Below, piece after piece: positions 25,975 to 41,249 of a stretch of 64,000 nucleotides of DNA (positions are counted from its first letter, which is position 1; each line of letters starts with the position of its first letter). Source of the DNA: Eledone cirrhosa (taxonomy: Eukaryota); NCBI GenBank assembly GCA_964016885.1, contig OZ024743.1, positions 30,318,001 to 30,382,000 on the forward strand, given 5' to 3'. The notes beneath the pieces were generated by a model. The model saw only the letters and a program-made list of their open reading frames with translations. It was not told where the DNA came from and did not search any database. The translations under genes were made by a program, and so were the position numbers.

Positions 25975-26250
25975 AAAAATTAGAATTGGAGCTCTGAAAT
26001 AGCAATATATATATGAATGTATATATAATGTATTTTGCAATACACTTTATGCTTAATTAAAAGCATTTTGAAGACCGTATGCTATTGTTTTAGAGTAGTG
26101 ACAAACTCACTTACGTTAATCTCAGCAAACAAAGGGAGATAAGCCGACAAGGCCTTGTTTCGCATTTATTGATGCTTATCAAGGCTAACTACTCCCTTAT
26201 AGTATATACACATTCATATATATATTGCTATTTCAGAGCTCCACTTCAAG
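25975..26250 (-). mobile_element. Family F hammerhead repeat (~319-nt unit), partial copy with short fold-back
   Basis: Homologous to 53990-54800. Minus-strand hammerhead at 26142-26186: AGCC-TTGATAA-GCAT CAATAA ATGC-GAAA-CAAGGCCTTG-TC-GGCT. Confidence 0.8.
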
Positions 26251-26938
26251 TAAAACAGTAATTTATTATTTATTCATTATTTATTCTTACTTGTATCGTT
26301 TTTACACTTTTGTATGGAAATCGTCACTGATCATGTGGTTTTGTATTTTCCATTATGTTACGACCCTAGTGTTAAAAAAAAAAATTGTTGAAGCTGTTTT
26401 TGTTGTTGCTCTTCCTAGCAACAAACGTGTCTATTACAGTCTCCTTAATTTGTGAAAAAGATCGAATTTCTTTCCTATATTTTTTGTTGAGATTGGTCTT
26501 ATTTTTTTTGTTGCTTCTGTCTTTTACAGACGCCGTAATTCGTAAAATTACTTTCAAGTTCTATGTTTTAATCTATTTCTTTTTTGTGAGTAGTATTCTC
26601 TTGTCTTCTTTCAGTGTTTGATGAAGAAAATGGTTTATATTTTGAAACAAATATACTTCTGGCAAACATAATTGAAGTATATCCCTCACAAATATTATAG
26701 TAAAATTTACGTATTCCACGTCAAAGAAAAAATACCATTGTTTTAAAATATATAAAGCTAAAGTATATAGTTGTCTAGGAACATTCCATAGAACAGAGAT
26801 TGTCAATGTGACGCACACAATTGGTCATAGATAGATTCATATTAATATATTTCAATACAGCGTAGAATCCAATACTCACTTACACACTGAAACATGTGAA
26901 TCTCAATTAAAATATTAAATGTATTAAAATATATTATT

Positions 26939-26993
<55 letters not shown>

Positions 26994-27414
26994 AAATTTT
27001 CAAGACTCCGACGGCAGAGATCGAGCCGTTTCAACGGCTATTTCTGCCATCGGGTTCTTCAACATTTTCCTATTACCCACTCTACTACCCTAAGTATTGA
27101 GTACTCTGGTGTGTTATGGTCCATCTGGTCCCTTACCAGACTTCGTTCGTTTCTAATTTTCTAATTTTTGCTGGACCGGCAACTGCTCTGCTTAATCAGC
27201 TCTTAAACATCACTGGAATTCTATAAGAATCCATCTTCGATAAGTCTCGGCAGAAGCGAAGGGATACGCAATATTGATAACCGTTAACAACACAGAAACA
27301 ACTGTCGGTTGTTTCCCTTTGTTTTTGCCGAGACTACTTTAAAACTCATAACGAATGGTCTTCAAATAGCTTTTAAATAAACATACACTATATTAACAAA
27401 TATACTATACATAC

Positions 27415-27471
<57 letters not shown>

Positions 27472-27808
27472 TTGAAAAAAATGAAAACGAAAAACGAAAT
27501 TTCATTTCTCACTCTTAGTATGGCACTTACTTAAATGTAAGTATGTATGTATACGTACATACATATATGTATACAGACGTACAGTAGCATGTATATATAT
27601 ATATATATATATATACATACATGCAGGTACACATACATATATGCACGCATCAGTTTAGCAGGCGCTTATTATAGCGCTGCTTAGTTCGTTTGTCAACAAA
27701 CTGAACAGCCTGAATTTATGCCTCAATATGCAAATTAGGCTGCTCAGCCGTTAATTTTCATAAGAAAAGTATATACTTTCGAACGTTCAACTATCTGGCA
27801 GATGGGTA

Positions 27809-27853
27809 AACGGTGCTGATGATAGCTAACAAGCTTGAAACTAGTACATCGTT
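27809..27853 (+). ncRNA. Minimal type I hammerhead, unit 1
   Basis: AACGGTG-CTGATGA-T AGCT AACA AGCT T-GAAA-CTAG-TA-CATCGTT. Confidence 0.88.
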
Positions 27854-28273
27854 CCTGTGTCAGTGTTGAACAAAAAGGTGACGTGGTTGCCTTAACACCG
27901 TATGGCATAAATTCAGGCTGTTCAGTTTGTTGACAAACGAACAAAGCAGCGCTATAATAAGCGCCTGCTAAACTGATGCGTGCATATATGTATGTGTACC
28001 TGCATGTATGTATATATATATATATATATACATGCTACTGTACGTCTGTATACATATATGTATGTACGTATACATACATACTTACATTTAAGTAAGTGCC
28101 ATACTAAGAGTGAGAAATGAAATTTCGTTTTTCGTTTTCATTTTTTTCAACTTATTGTTTTCGGTATGCCTGACCGATTTAACTCACTCAATATGCAAAT
28201 TAGGCTGCTCAGCCGTTAATTTTCATAAGGAAAGTATATACTTTCGAACGTTCAACTATCTGGCAGATGGGTA

Positions 28274-28318
28274 AACGGTGCTGATGATAGCTAACAAGCT
28301 TGAAACTAGTACATCGTT
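28274..28318 (+). ncRNA. Minimal type I hammerhead, unit 2
   Basis: Identical to 27809-27853. Confidence 0.88.
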
Positions 28319-28742
28319 CCTGTGTCAGTGTTGAACAAAAAGGTGACGTGGTTGCCTTAACACCGTATGGCATAAATTCAGGCTGTTCAGTTTGTTGACA
28401 AACGAACAAAGCAGCGCTATAATAAGCGCCTGCTAAACTGATGCGTGCATATATGTATGTGTACCTGCATGTATGTATATATATATATATATATATATAC
28501 ATGCTACTGTACGTCTGTATACATATATGTATGTACGTATACATACATACTTACATTTAAGTAAGTGCCATACTAAGAGTGAGAAATGAAATTTCGTTTT
28601 TCGTTTTCATTTTTTTCAACTTATTGTTTTCGGTATGCCTGACCGATTTAACTCACTCAATATGCAAATTAGCCTGCTCAGCCGTTAATTTTCATAAGGA
28701 AAGTATATACTTTCGAACGTTCAACTATCTGGCAGATGGGTA

Positions 28743-28787
28743 AACGGTGCTGATGATAGCTAACAAGCTTGAAACTAGTACATCGTT
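28743..28787 (+). ncRNA. Minimal type I hammerhead, unit 3
   Basis: Identical to 27809-27853. Confidence 0.88.
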
Positions 28788-29023
28788 CCTGTGTCAGTGT
28801 TGAACAAAAAGGTGACGTGGTTGCCTTAACACCGTATGGCATAAATTCAGGCTGTGCAGTTTGTTGACAAACGAACAAAGCAGCGCTATAATAAGCGCCT
28901 GCTAAACTGATGCGTGCATATATGTATGTGTACCTGCATGTATGTATATATATATATATATATATATACATGCTACTGTACGTCTGTATACATATATGTA
29001 TGTACATATACATACATACTTAC

Positions 29024-29067
<44 letters not shown>

Positions 29068-32000
29068 TAACAGAAATTTTAGCTCGGCCTGATAATTATC
29101 ACATTTTTCAAGAATCACATAATGTAGCACATTGATCATAAATTCCACGAAAAAGATTTTTTTAATCCCGTATAACTAATGGCGAAACAGACATATTTTA
29201 TAAACGTTGATGTAGAAATAATGAATGCAGTATTAAAGTAGGAGGGAGAAGATTAATTCTGTTGATAGGGAAGCAATATGGTTATAAGAATATATGAAGA
29301 TAAAATAAATTGGAGTAAAACCGTGGGAGATAGTAAACGCTTTCAAGGGGAGATACATGAAACTCCAACTATATAAGCTATTTTTGTATGTCTCTTCGAA
29401 TCCCCGTTTTTATCATTCATTCTGTCAACCACATTCACACGCTCACGTGGAGGTTTATTTCTCCCTTACATTATTACATGTATATTGGTTTCGTTGTAGA
29501 GACGGGAGGAATAACACTCATAATATGATGTATGCTTCTTATCACTGCCAGGATTCTCTAACATTAATTCAAGGTTCAAGCGATCTGTTTTTAAAGCATT
29601 GATGCTCTTTGATAACTATAAGGCCTACCAACGGAGAACAAGTGGTCGGCACTTATTTAAATTCTCTTCGATACAGATGCGTCATGGATCACTGTGCATT
29701 GTGTTAGTTTAGGATAAGTCTCAGTAGATGAACTGATATCAACTTTGTATCTAAGTTTATATTAGTCTTCACAGACCTCCAATCGAAAAGTTGCAAATGA
29801 TCCAGTTCCCATCCATACAAAATTATCGTCTTGAAAACGGATACTTTTCTGAATCTAGACATTGGATGACGACATATTATAATATAAGAAATGAATAAAA
29901 AAAGTATTGGTCCAAAAATATTTATTTGACTACCGCAATAATCAAATTTAGTCTGAAGATTTTCTTTCGCAGTATAATAATTCTTTATAAAACTGTTTTA
30001 CTGTTCTGTTCTGGCCTTCATTTTAGATTAAGTTCTTACATTGCTATCTGAAGAAATGAGTGAAGACTCCTAAAAGAAATGTAATGTTTATAGGAATACC
30101 ATTATACTGGATTATATTTAACTCTCGTATCTAAAATTAATTCTGAATTGCCTAAACTTCCTTTTATGATAATTTAATAAGACCTTTTTTTTTTCGGAAA
30201 GTGTAACTCTAGCTTCACACAAACTTATTTTTCACAATGTGCTCTCTTTAATAAGTATCGCAGATCTTTCACATTACAAGGACATTTCTTTCAAAACCAT
30301 AGGGTACGGTTTGTTAATGTTATTGCGATAATAGTATTTTATAAAATAGTAGGTTTAGCAGTATAAAATAGTTTTTAATGTGATTTTGTCTGTGATTTAA
30401 TCCTAATTTAATTTACATTTGAATGGAAAGCAACTCTTATATTTAAATGGCAACGAATCGTCTTACACATGTAAAGATAAGCTGAGGTTTATAAATCATA
30501 TATATAAAGATTATTGCATTATACACAACGCTACATTTCTAACACTTACTATCATCAATTAGTTGATATTATATTGCTATCTAAATGTAACTTTGATTTC
30601 ATTTCTATTATATCAGAATCTAACTGACAATACACTATGTTCGCTCAGTGTGTGTTAATAAAGGTTTAGTTATACTTGTGAACCGCTAAAATAAAACAAA
30701 TTTGTTTAAATCTATATTCAAGAATGTATAATAGAAAATCCCCTATTTTTATGCAGGACTAACGTTGATAGAACAGAGATATGCGGTATTCAGTAGAAAA
30801 GGGTGACATTCATTCCACAGTATAAACATGTTCCTTCTTGGTCTCTAAGACTGAAGTTTGCGTTCATCTTCAGTTTGAGAAAATAAGCTCCCTCCTTTTC
30901 GCATGTACTATTTTTTTTATATATGCATGCATATATTTGGCAATCATGAATGAGATGCCAAACAAATGCTTCATAAATTGTAAATATTTACTATCACCTA
31001 TTTTACTTTTAGCGATTTATCAGCCTCTTTCTTTCTCCCCCTTCCTCTCTCTCACATTCTCTCTCTCCCTCACCCTCTCACACACACACACTCTCTCTCT
31101 CGCTCTCTCTATATGAGTTTGCTCATTCGCGCGCACGCGCATCACCGTCATTACTTCCACGCAGCGTATGCACACACAAACAACGCCACCGCCACCGACA
31201 GCGTGCCTGCAACTCCCGCATGGCATTCATACCGACATTCACATCGACTTCCGACTTCCACCTCTGTCCCCTACACTTTTTCTGACCGAAGAATATAACA
31301 ACGCCAATACTTAAAAATCTGCCACCACAATCTCCGCAAACACCTGCACCACACACTCCCTGCAACTACCAACAATTCCTTTCCCTATTCACTTTCACTA
31401 TTGATATGCCTTTCTTACCCGATACATTCATTTTTTCCATTTACCTCGGCATTCGTGCCTTTCGAACTCATCTGGATTATACCACCCCGGAGCCTACGGA
31501 TAGGCACACACGTACACACATATACATGACAACACACGAACATACACATGCATGTTCACATGTGTGCACCTATACATGCAACGACACAATACACAGCAAT
31601 AACCATACATCTCTGCCAAACACAAATAACAGCATACACATGCTCACACATATGTACGAACACACACCTCTAATAATAACACATTTAACTCCCCTATACA
31701 CGCAAACTCACCGTAATGTGCACACCAACTACATACAAACACACACTGCACGTCCAGCACCCCCCCTCGCAATCCACCAGCACACTGGACCACTCCCTCT
31801 CTCCTCCATTATATTTTTTATTTTTGTAACTTCTTCCTTACGTTATTTCAACTACCTTTTATTTATTCTTGATCATTTTTAGCATTTTGCTTTCTTTACC
31901 GTTATTTTCTTCACTATTTTCCTTTTGTGATATTGCCAATGTAGGGCAAATGCATGATACGTTCACTAAGTAACTCATTCCAGTTTCTTCAAGCGTGAAA

Positions 32001-32089
32001 CTAATACACTTCATGTTATTTCATCCTCTTCATTGTTCCTTTCGTGCTTCCTTGACGTATACACCCCCCCCCCCACACACACACATATA

Positions 32090-32189
<100 letters not shown>

Positions 32190-32205
32190 TAAAATAACAG
32201 ATTAA

Positions 32206-32256
32206 AGTTTAAGCAAAGAATCGCTGCTTTCACCCTTAACGGGATCTTCTGAAACT
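32206..32256 (-). ncRNA. Hammerhead-like ribozyme with variant core CAGAAGA (copy 2)
   Basis: AGTTT-CAGAAGA-T CCC GTTAA GGG T-GAAA-GCA..TGC-TT-AAACT. Confidence 0.68.
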
Positions 32257-33182
32257 AACAAAGTCAATCTGTAAACGCAGAACTGGATATTTCAAAAAAA
32301 GTTGCAACCGGAGGAAGACAGGAAGACGATACTTTGGTTCATGGTGACGTTCGCTGGCAAAGAACGGGAAAAAACGAATAATACGTCATTAATAGGAGCG
32401 GTGAAAAACAATTACGTGCAAGGACAGAACCACGTTTATGGTAGAAAAGAGGTCGTAGACTAATGTTCTCTAGGTGGTGCATAGAGACGTTCTCTGGCAA
32501 TGAACGAAAAAACGAAGATAATAAGTCATATGTGGAGCGTGGAGAACAATAGCGTGCAAAGACAAAACCACGTTAATGGTATAGCAGGAGTCGTAGACTA
32601 AAATTCTAACTATGAGACCGAATGAATCTCCGCTACAGAGTTAAGAACAAAGTAAATAAATACAATACAGAAGTAATAGGAACAAATAAATACATACACG
32701 CAAACAGATACGTACATACACAAGCATACCCAAAACCTTACCATAGGTATACAAAACCACGCACATATAAATATGTGTATGTGTGTATGCTTGTGTACAA
32801 ATAAATAAATAATTATATAAACGTATATAAGTAAATACATACGTATATAACAAGCGCGCACACATACCTACAAATAAATACATGAAGGTTCGGAGACGTA
32901 AGTTAACTAAAACAAGAAGTACACATATACACACACCCACCATACGTACGAACCTGCATACTAACGCAGACGCAAAACTCCCATATACACATAACTAAGC
33001 CCTAAATACCAGAATATGTAAAAATTATACGCCAAAACAGTCAAATATACGTACGAGAAGGTATACATACCTTCACAAAACATACGGGTAATATATACTT
33101 ACCTATGCAAATAAGTAAAGGGATAAACAAAACATATACTCAGCTCCCACATCAAGACGTAAATATCCACGTATAGATCGTG

Positions 33183-34280
33183 CTATCCGTTAGGGTATAA
33201 CGTAGGGCTGTAATACAGGAAAGTGTTGTGCAATTTATGTTTACAAGCCGAAATTGCCTCAGATTTTTTGTTTAAGATGTGGTCTGTGGCGTAGAGTATT
33301 TCCAGGGCCTCAGAGGCGCAGAGGTCACATGGTCTTTTATTTCCGTTATACGATCTATCCCTAGCTAGGATCTCCCAGTGTAACTTATATTGGGTGTGGT
33401 TGTCTTTTAGACTCCAGATATAAGCTGAAAGATACGTCATATTCCTTCTTAGAGGGTAACGAAAAGAATGGGTATGCATGTAAAGACGCTGCTTGAAACT
33501 ATTGGCGGTTAACCCTATGTAGGCCCTACGGGACGTGGGTGTTACAACCTTACATTTGTAGACAATGTTACTAGAGAGGCATTTCCCGGATAGGGGACAA
33601 TCAGCCCGATTCCTACAATTACAGTTAGTACTAACTACAGGGTTGCACGTGTTCCTACGGCTAGGTAGTTTAGCTAAATTTGAAGCTGTGATGTTATGTG
33701 CAAGGTTAGGAGTCGTTGAGTAAGAAATTTTAATAGTGTTTCTATTAAAAAAATTACTATATTTATGTGTAGGGTGAAAATGCTTCGTAATAAGGGAAAG
33801 AAAGATCTTAGCTAATGGTGTGGCCACCTCCATATTATATGGTGGGTTAAACCAACACATGCGACGGGATCTATTAATTCTAGGTCTATTCTCGTACTCT
33901 GTATATGCTACCTTATCGACAAATCCACTTCGAGCAAGAGCTTCATTGTAATAAGTGGAATGGTCGTTGAGAATGCGCTCGTTGGTGGAAAGACGGGAAA
34001 GCCTCAACGAAACGTTTTTTACCAGGTTCTTGGTTATGCTGGTAGGATGGTTGGAATGCTTACTTATGTAATTAAGCGTATCATTCGGCTTTCTATACGG
34101 GTAATGCAACCCATTCAATAAAATGAGGGTAACGTCGAGGTAATTAACGACCGAGAGATTGGCCTCAACCTGTATAGAGAGGTTGAAGCCTTTAAAGAAG
34201 GCTGTGAGTTCTTTTCTGAATCTGTCGCAAGCACGAGGTCCGCACTTAGTCATGGTCAAAAGGCCATCGTCACGGTACAA
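33183..34280 (-). CDS. PLE RT C-terminal half + GIY-YIG endonuclease (365 aa open, 5'-truncated)
   Basis: Motifs YRDDGL, VNYLDVT, WFNPPYN, CNCRNRADCPLSGKCL, IVYKC..AYIGLT, CDLC, LNKKSE. Confidence 0.88.
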   Translation of the reverse strand: MYRDDGLLTMTKCGPRACDRFRKELTAFFKGFNLSIQVEANLSVVNYLDVTLILLNGLHYPYRKPNDTLNYISKHSNHPTSITKNLVKNVSLRLSRLSTNERILNDHSTYYNEALARSGFVDKVAYTEYENRPRINRSRRMCWFNPPYNMEVATPLAKIFLSLITKHFHPTHKYSNFFNRNTIKISYSTTPNLAHNITASNLAKLPSRRNTCNPVVSTNCNCRNRADCPLSGKCLSSNIVYKCKVVTPTSRRAYIGLTANSFKQRLYMHTHSFRYPLRRNMTYLSAYIWSLKDNHTQYKLHWEILARDRSYNGNKRPCDLCASEALEILYATDHILNKKSEAISACKHKLHNTFLYYSPTLYPNG

Positions 34281-34731
34281 ACCACCGCCCGCGTTGGGGA
34301 ATTCGTCCTTGATAGAGAAAAGAAGGAATCGGTTCTTATATATTTGATATATATTTATATATATATATATATATATTGGAGAATGAAGTTAAAATGCTAT
34401 TGGAGTTTTAAAGGGATTCATTTACATTACATTTAACATTTCATAGTTTCATGATTTTCAAAATTTAAGTGAGATGCAGAGATATATATACATACGCATA
34501 GTATTGTTGGCCAAGAAAATAAGTACTTGATATTTAACAATTAATAAGGTCATTCCATAAAGCTCTTACTCTGGTAGTACGCATATGCAGTATTCAAAGA
34601 TACTTGTCTGATGACTCTGAGAATATTCAAGCGAAACTACTGAATAGCATCACTCTGACATAGCCTTGATAATTATAATAATTATATACATACATACTTA
34701 AAGAAAGACAGGCACACACGCGCCCCATCCC

Positions 34732-34780
<49 letters not shown>

Positions 34781-34961
34781 TTAAAGCAAACATCACGGGC
34801 GCTCTATCTCAACATTATTTTTGAAAAGCCTTTGAAATGCGCAACCGGTAAAACTTAAAACCAAAACCTAATACTAACCAATACTATTACTAATTTTTAG
34901 TTATTCCTAATTAAACTATTTTTCACTGGGAACAATTTGTCAGCATTTTCTTTTCCTTTTA

Positions 34962-35029
<68 letters not shown>

Positions 35030-35198
35030 TTAGTAGAGTGGGTAATAGGAAAATAGTCAGGACTCCGACGGTTGAGCTCCGGCCGTTTCGACAGCTAGAT
35101 CCGAACAATCGAAACGGCCCGAGCTCAGCCGTCAGCTCAGCCGCTAACCTGTTCTACGTATCGAATACTCTGGCGCGTTATGGTTACCACAGTTTATG

Positions 35199-35259
<61 letters not shown>

Positions 35260-35261
35260 TA

Positions 35262-35577
35262 TAAATATGCTTGTGTTTGTGTGTCTTATATGTATGTTTG
35301 AATGCATGGATGAATACACTATGCTTTAGATTTAGTAAATGCAAGCTATGTGCGCTATCATATATTTTGGTCTCTATTGATTCCCTTGGGAATTAGTTGA
35401 CCAAATCCTCTGCTTAATTGTTTCATTTCTATCTCTTAGACTTCGGGTATTTTTTGAAAGCTAAGCAATGCCCCCTAATATACTACAGTGGGTCTGCAAT
35501 GCTACTGCTCGCCCTGCAATGCCACTGTGGGAAACCTGGCAACCTGGCAACCTGCTAACCTGGCCAGTCCGCCATCG
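35262..35577 (+). mobile_element. Right end of a second copy of the CAGTGGCGGACTGG-TIR MITE
   Basis: Diverged direct repeat of 37340-37632, ending CCAGTCCGCCATCG. Confidence 0.6.
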
Positions 35578-35731
35578 TGTATATATGATTTGTTTGTTAA
35601 AATAATCAAATTAAATTAACTCAACATTTATACACACATAGGAATAATAAGATTGTAAGAGCAAGTTTGACAAGTCGACGCTAAATATAACTAATAGCTC
35701 TAGGAAGTCAATGAACGACACCAGATCATTT

Positions 35732-36036
35732 AAATTTTGATTTAGTAGGTTTATAATTATTAATTTTCATTACACCTTCGTAACTGTCTCGGCGGCATAG
35801 TTGGGGGAACCATAGACGGTGGTGATCCTAGTCTAAAGTTCAATTCTGGTCGGGAAAACTTTTCATTTTTCTTCAATGGGATGTAAAATAAAAACTTATA
35901 AATTGATATATACCTCTCGACCAGTATTGAACCCAAGACCAGGATATTACTCCCTTTACTACATACGGCTCAGCCACCGAAAACACTACGAATAACTATA
36001 GAAAATTCATACTTATAAACCTAATTTCAAAATTTT
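35732..36036. mobile_element. Degenerate fold-back (MITE-like) whose arms contain tRNA-like A/B boxes
   Basis: AAATTTTGA..TAGGTTTATAA..TCGGCGGC..GTTCAATTCTGGTCGGGA is mirrored by TCTCGACCAGTATTGAAC..GCCACCGA..TTATAAACCTA..TCAAAATTT. Confidence 0.5.
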
Positions 36037-36315
36037 CAATACAAAATGATAGGTGTCGTTCATATATTTCTTAATGTTGTTGATCCTATTTATGGTCGAC
36101 ATCCAACTCATAATCTACATCCACGTTTTATATCTCATTAATCTAGACTATATTTTAACCTGTAATCAATGTTTTATTCCTGTTGCACCTCGTTTCTGCC
36201 CCTCCTACCCCACCCCCTCTCTCTATCTGTCTTTCTACTATGATGTAGCTTAGCTTATTCACACATATGTTTTTGCATGTCGGTTAAATTCAAACTTACA
36301 AAGATCGGCATTATA

Positions 36316-37632
<1,317 letters not shown>

Positions 37633-37945
37633 TATATATGTATGTGTGTGTGTGTGCGCGCGTGTGTATGGGTGTGTGCGCATTTGTGTGTGTATATGTT
37701 TGTGCGAATGTGTATGTATGTCTATATAATTATAATAATTCTCAAAATCAAATCAGACTGGCCTTATTCAGGAATTTTTCTTGAGTATTCACAACCATCA
37801 GACAAATATCTATGAAGGTTGTTCAGGCGTTACTCCAGAGTAAGACCAGTTTGACATATCCGTAATAAATATTAAATATCTAGCACTCACTCTCTTGAAC
37901 GACAACACTAAGAATATATATATATATATGTATATATATATATGT

Positions 37946-38096
<151 letters not shown>

Positions 38097-40165
38097 GAGA
38101 GACTGATAGATCACTAAAAAGAAAAGAGGTGAGAGAAAATATCTATAATCTTATGAAAGTTTTTGGCATCTCTGTCATGATTGCCAAATCTTTATTATAG
38201 ATTCCCAAATACGTTAGATGTTCTAATTATACACTATACTTATAAAAACTACCCTTGGCATTGGGGTGTGTTACACTATTATGCGAATTCCTATAACATC
38301 ATTTATTTAATTTACAAACAATTACTGTAGTATTACCTTTTGTGAAGCATATCCTAACTTTTAGTAACAAACAGGTTGTGAATTTTGGAGAACATTCCAT
38401 TGTAACTGGCCACATCACAAAATCAATAATTTTACAGCCAGCCAAGAATCGCTGGCTCGTTTATGTCGAAAATAGATTATTTGCACCAACCAAATCATTT
38501 ATGAAGCCAAAAGAGACTAAAATGATCAACCGGTTATATAAAATTACATGGCGGTTGTATTTATATAACATCATTAAAACTACCTAAAGACTTGTAATTT
38601 AATGAACTAAATATAGCTTAGGACCGTGTAATGTAATTGTTATTCATTTATATTTATTTATTTTTATGAATATCATATCCCACATTTTAACAGTATCGTG
38701 ATTATCTGTTTTTACCTACTCCATATCAGGTTTTTGGCTGTTACGGCGGGCAGAATGAAAGGGACAAGAGGATCAATGTTTGGCTATATATGTTAAAAAA
38801 TATGAAAATACATATATGTATTTATGCTCATATTTGTTTAGGAACAAGCGCATTTGTCAGCTCTGCTACAAAAACAGCGTGCCTAAGTGCTGGATTATAC
38901 CACAACATGTAATTTCAATATATCCTTCTTTTTCTTTGTGGATGTTGTTACATATGCTAACAATAGGGTGAAACAATTGCTTTTAATAATAAAAAAATCA
39001 GTTGATATTGAGATGTTGCAGCAATTGTCTCCCTATCTAATCACATGCGGATAACGAATGCTACAAATATTTAAGCATTAACGATGTTATATCATTCAGT
39101 CCTAGTAGGTACACAATTCGTAACAAATTAATATATACCAGGATTTAAAATATGTTATTGTGAGCGGTTGACTTGCAAGACAATATTCCACTATATATTT
39201 ACTTTGATCAGGACTTGTGATGCTTGGTTCACATTTGGAAAAGATCTACTGCATAAATAATAAAACATACAAGATCTCACATTTACTAGAAGCTTACACA
39301 TAATAAAAAAACTCAGAATGGTTTGATTGAAAAAAGAAATGGGAAGGTCAGCTTAAGATCCATGCGGGCTTGATTTGAAAATTGCTCGGATAGCATCTCA
39401 TAACCATCGGTATAGTATTTAAATATATCGACCAGATACTCAAATATGATGGGGATCCTATACATGAAATTGGTAATAATCATCTCATGATATAGCTAAT
39501 TAACAATGATCTCTCACACAAACCCAGAACCTCTAGATAAACGTCACTAAAACTGGGGTGGAAGAGAAAAATGCTCATGTGTAGATGTGTTTCTTGTAAA
39601 CCTGGGTTGCTATTAAGATTGAAATGATATTTAGACTCTCTATGACTGGTGACTGCTAGATCATCCCACATTTGAAAGATAAGTTTTGAAATCCCGGAGC
39701 AGGAGCTTTCTACGAAATATTTAATGAACGTAAGAGACAACTAATCGGCTGTATAACTAAGATGCGATAAAAATGCAATTACCAACCTAGGCGGTATGAT
39801 GTTATTGCTAAACCAATAGACAATGTCATCATAATCTATAAAGCTCAGTGTGTGGTCATGCTCCTTTCTTATAGAAATCTACGATATAGATTTTCTTCAA
39901 TTGAAATTTACAATTCAGTATTCGCAATCGCATCGATTGCGTCTTGGCACAGATTAGTTTTTCAATTTCACCCACAATTACGCAAAAAATAGATAAAACT
40001 CAATATTTTACGATTTTCCTCTGTCATTTGAACTGCTAAACTCTTGCCACTACCATTCAAAATCTATACAACTTCATACTTTCTGCTACTTTCTCTTTCC
40101 AAGCTTGATGGTGAGACTGTCCGTTTTACTCTCTCATATCATCTGACAACGTGCGTGATTGCCGA

Positions 40166-40196
<31 letters not shown>

Positions 40197-40411
40197 AATG
40201 AGAGGGAGAGAGATAGAGAACGTTTATTATTACATAAAGTACCAGTAATGTACTGGGTAATTGCTGGCCTTGTGCCAAAAAAGTAGAAACAATTATTACA
40301 TTTCATACGAAACGACAATTATTCCAAAGCAACAGATACATTTATTCAACAACAAGCGATAAATCTTTTTTAAAACCTCTTTTCCAAACGCATACAAACA
40401 CACACTCACTT

Positions 40412-40740
40412 CAACAACAACAACAACAACAATCTGCCTTTTATAGATAATGATAAACAATAATATCTTCTATGAGGTCACTAAACCTGCTAGAAACAGC
40501 AGCTAACTCTCCCCCATATCACACCACTCCCTACTGTCTTAAATTTAGAAAACACATATCCTCTATGAGGTTACTAAACCTGCTAGAAACAGCAGCTAAC
40601 TCTCCCCCATATCACACCCCTTCCTACTGTCTTAAATTTAGAAAACATATCTTCTATGGGGTCACTAAACCTGCTAGAAACAGCAGCTAACTCTCCTTCA
40701 TATCACAACCCTCCCTACTGTCTTAAATTTAGAAAACACA
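40412..40740 (-). repeat. Retroposon 3' tail ending in (GTT)n with three tandem ~92-bp units
   Basis: TATGAGGTCACTAAACCTGCTAGAAACAGCAGCTAACTCTCC... at 40471, 40564 and 40655; (AAC)n at 40412-40430. Confidence 0.75.
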
Positions 40741-40998
40741 CAGACAACCATGCAGAACAACTCCATCGCAGCTCTGTTGTTCGGCTGGCATCGTCTACGC
40801 GCGTGTTGCGCAAGTACTGTGAAACAATAAATTTCAACACATTTTTGCACAGAGATAATATCCATAGGCGAAACTACAATTGTCACTGGTGGCGCAGCTC
40901 CTGCTTCCAGGTCTGCAATTCATTCACCCAGTGCCTGGCAGACAAAAAAGTGCTGCCATAAAATGGGTGGTGCAACCTAACTTTGGTAACTTAATGAC

Positions 40999-41027
40999 CC
41001 CGAGCAACGCCGGGCTTTAATGCTAGT
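40999..41027 (+). mobile_element. Helitron-like 3' terminus
   Basis: Hairpin CCCG AGCAACGC CGGG, then 8 nt, then CTAG|T. This matches the standard Helitron 3' signature; the 5' end was not located. Confidence 0.6.
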
Positions 41028-41249
41028 CCTTAGATAAATATAGCGATTTTACTTATATTGAATGTCAGCAAATTCAAATATTACATAACTGATGTACTTA
41101 TGACAGCGAAGTAAACAATATCTCGTTGTAAATGGCTGTTAATCTTTAACCTGCCGATGTAAGGATGTTTCCAAACCTAGTTAGGAAGAGAATAATTACA
41201 TAATTATAGTGTTATTTATTGTCTGAAATAGTTTACATAATATTAGAGT

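Larger units (their letters stand above)
27470..29028 (+). mobile_element. Retrozyme-like tandem array: ~2.8 copies of a 465-469-bp hammerhead unit plus an inverted partial arm
   Basis: Units start at 27722, 28187 and 28656 and are nearly identical. 27470-27722 is the reverse complement of ~27903-28152. There is no real ORF, and the array is flanked by (TA)n. Confidence 0.88.
32190..34330 (-). mobile_element. Penelope-like element family B, 5'-truncated copy 2
   Basis: Homologous to 23810-25960 in reverse orientation and bounded by (TA)n. Confidence 0.9.

Noticed and set aside
27722-29028. CRISPR-like array or repeated small-protein gene (FVCQQTEQPEF ORFs)
   Set aside because: Whole units repeat with no unique spacers, and the ORFs are antisense and partly microsatellite.
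40465-40740. Repeat-protein ORF (LNLLETAANSPPYH x3)
   Set aside because: It is a tandem triplication of a retroposon tail; the unit lengths 93/91 break the frame.
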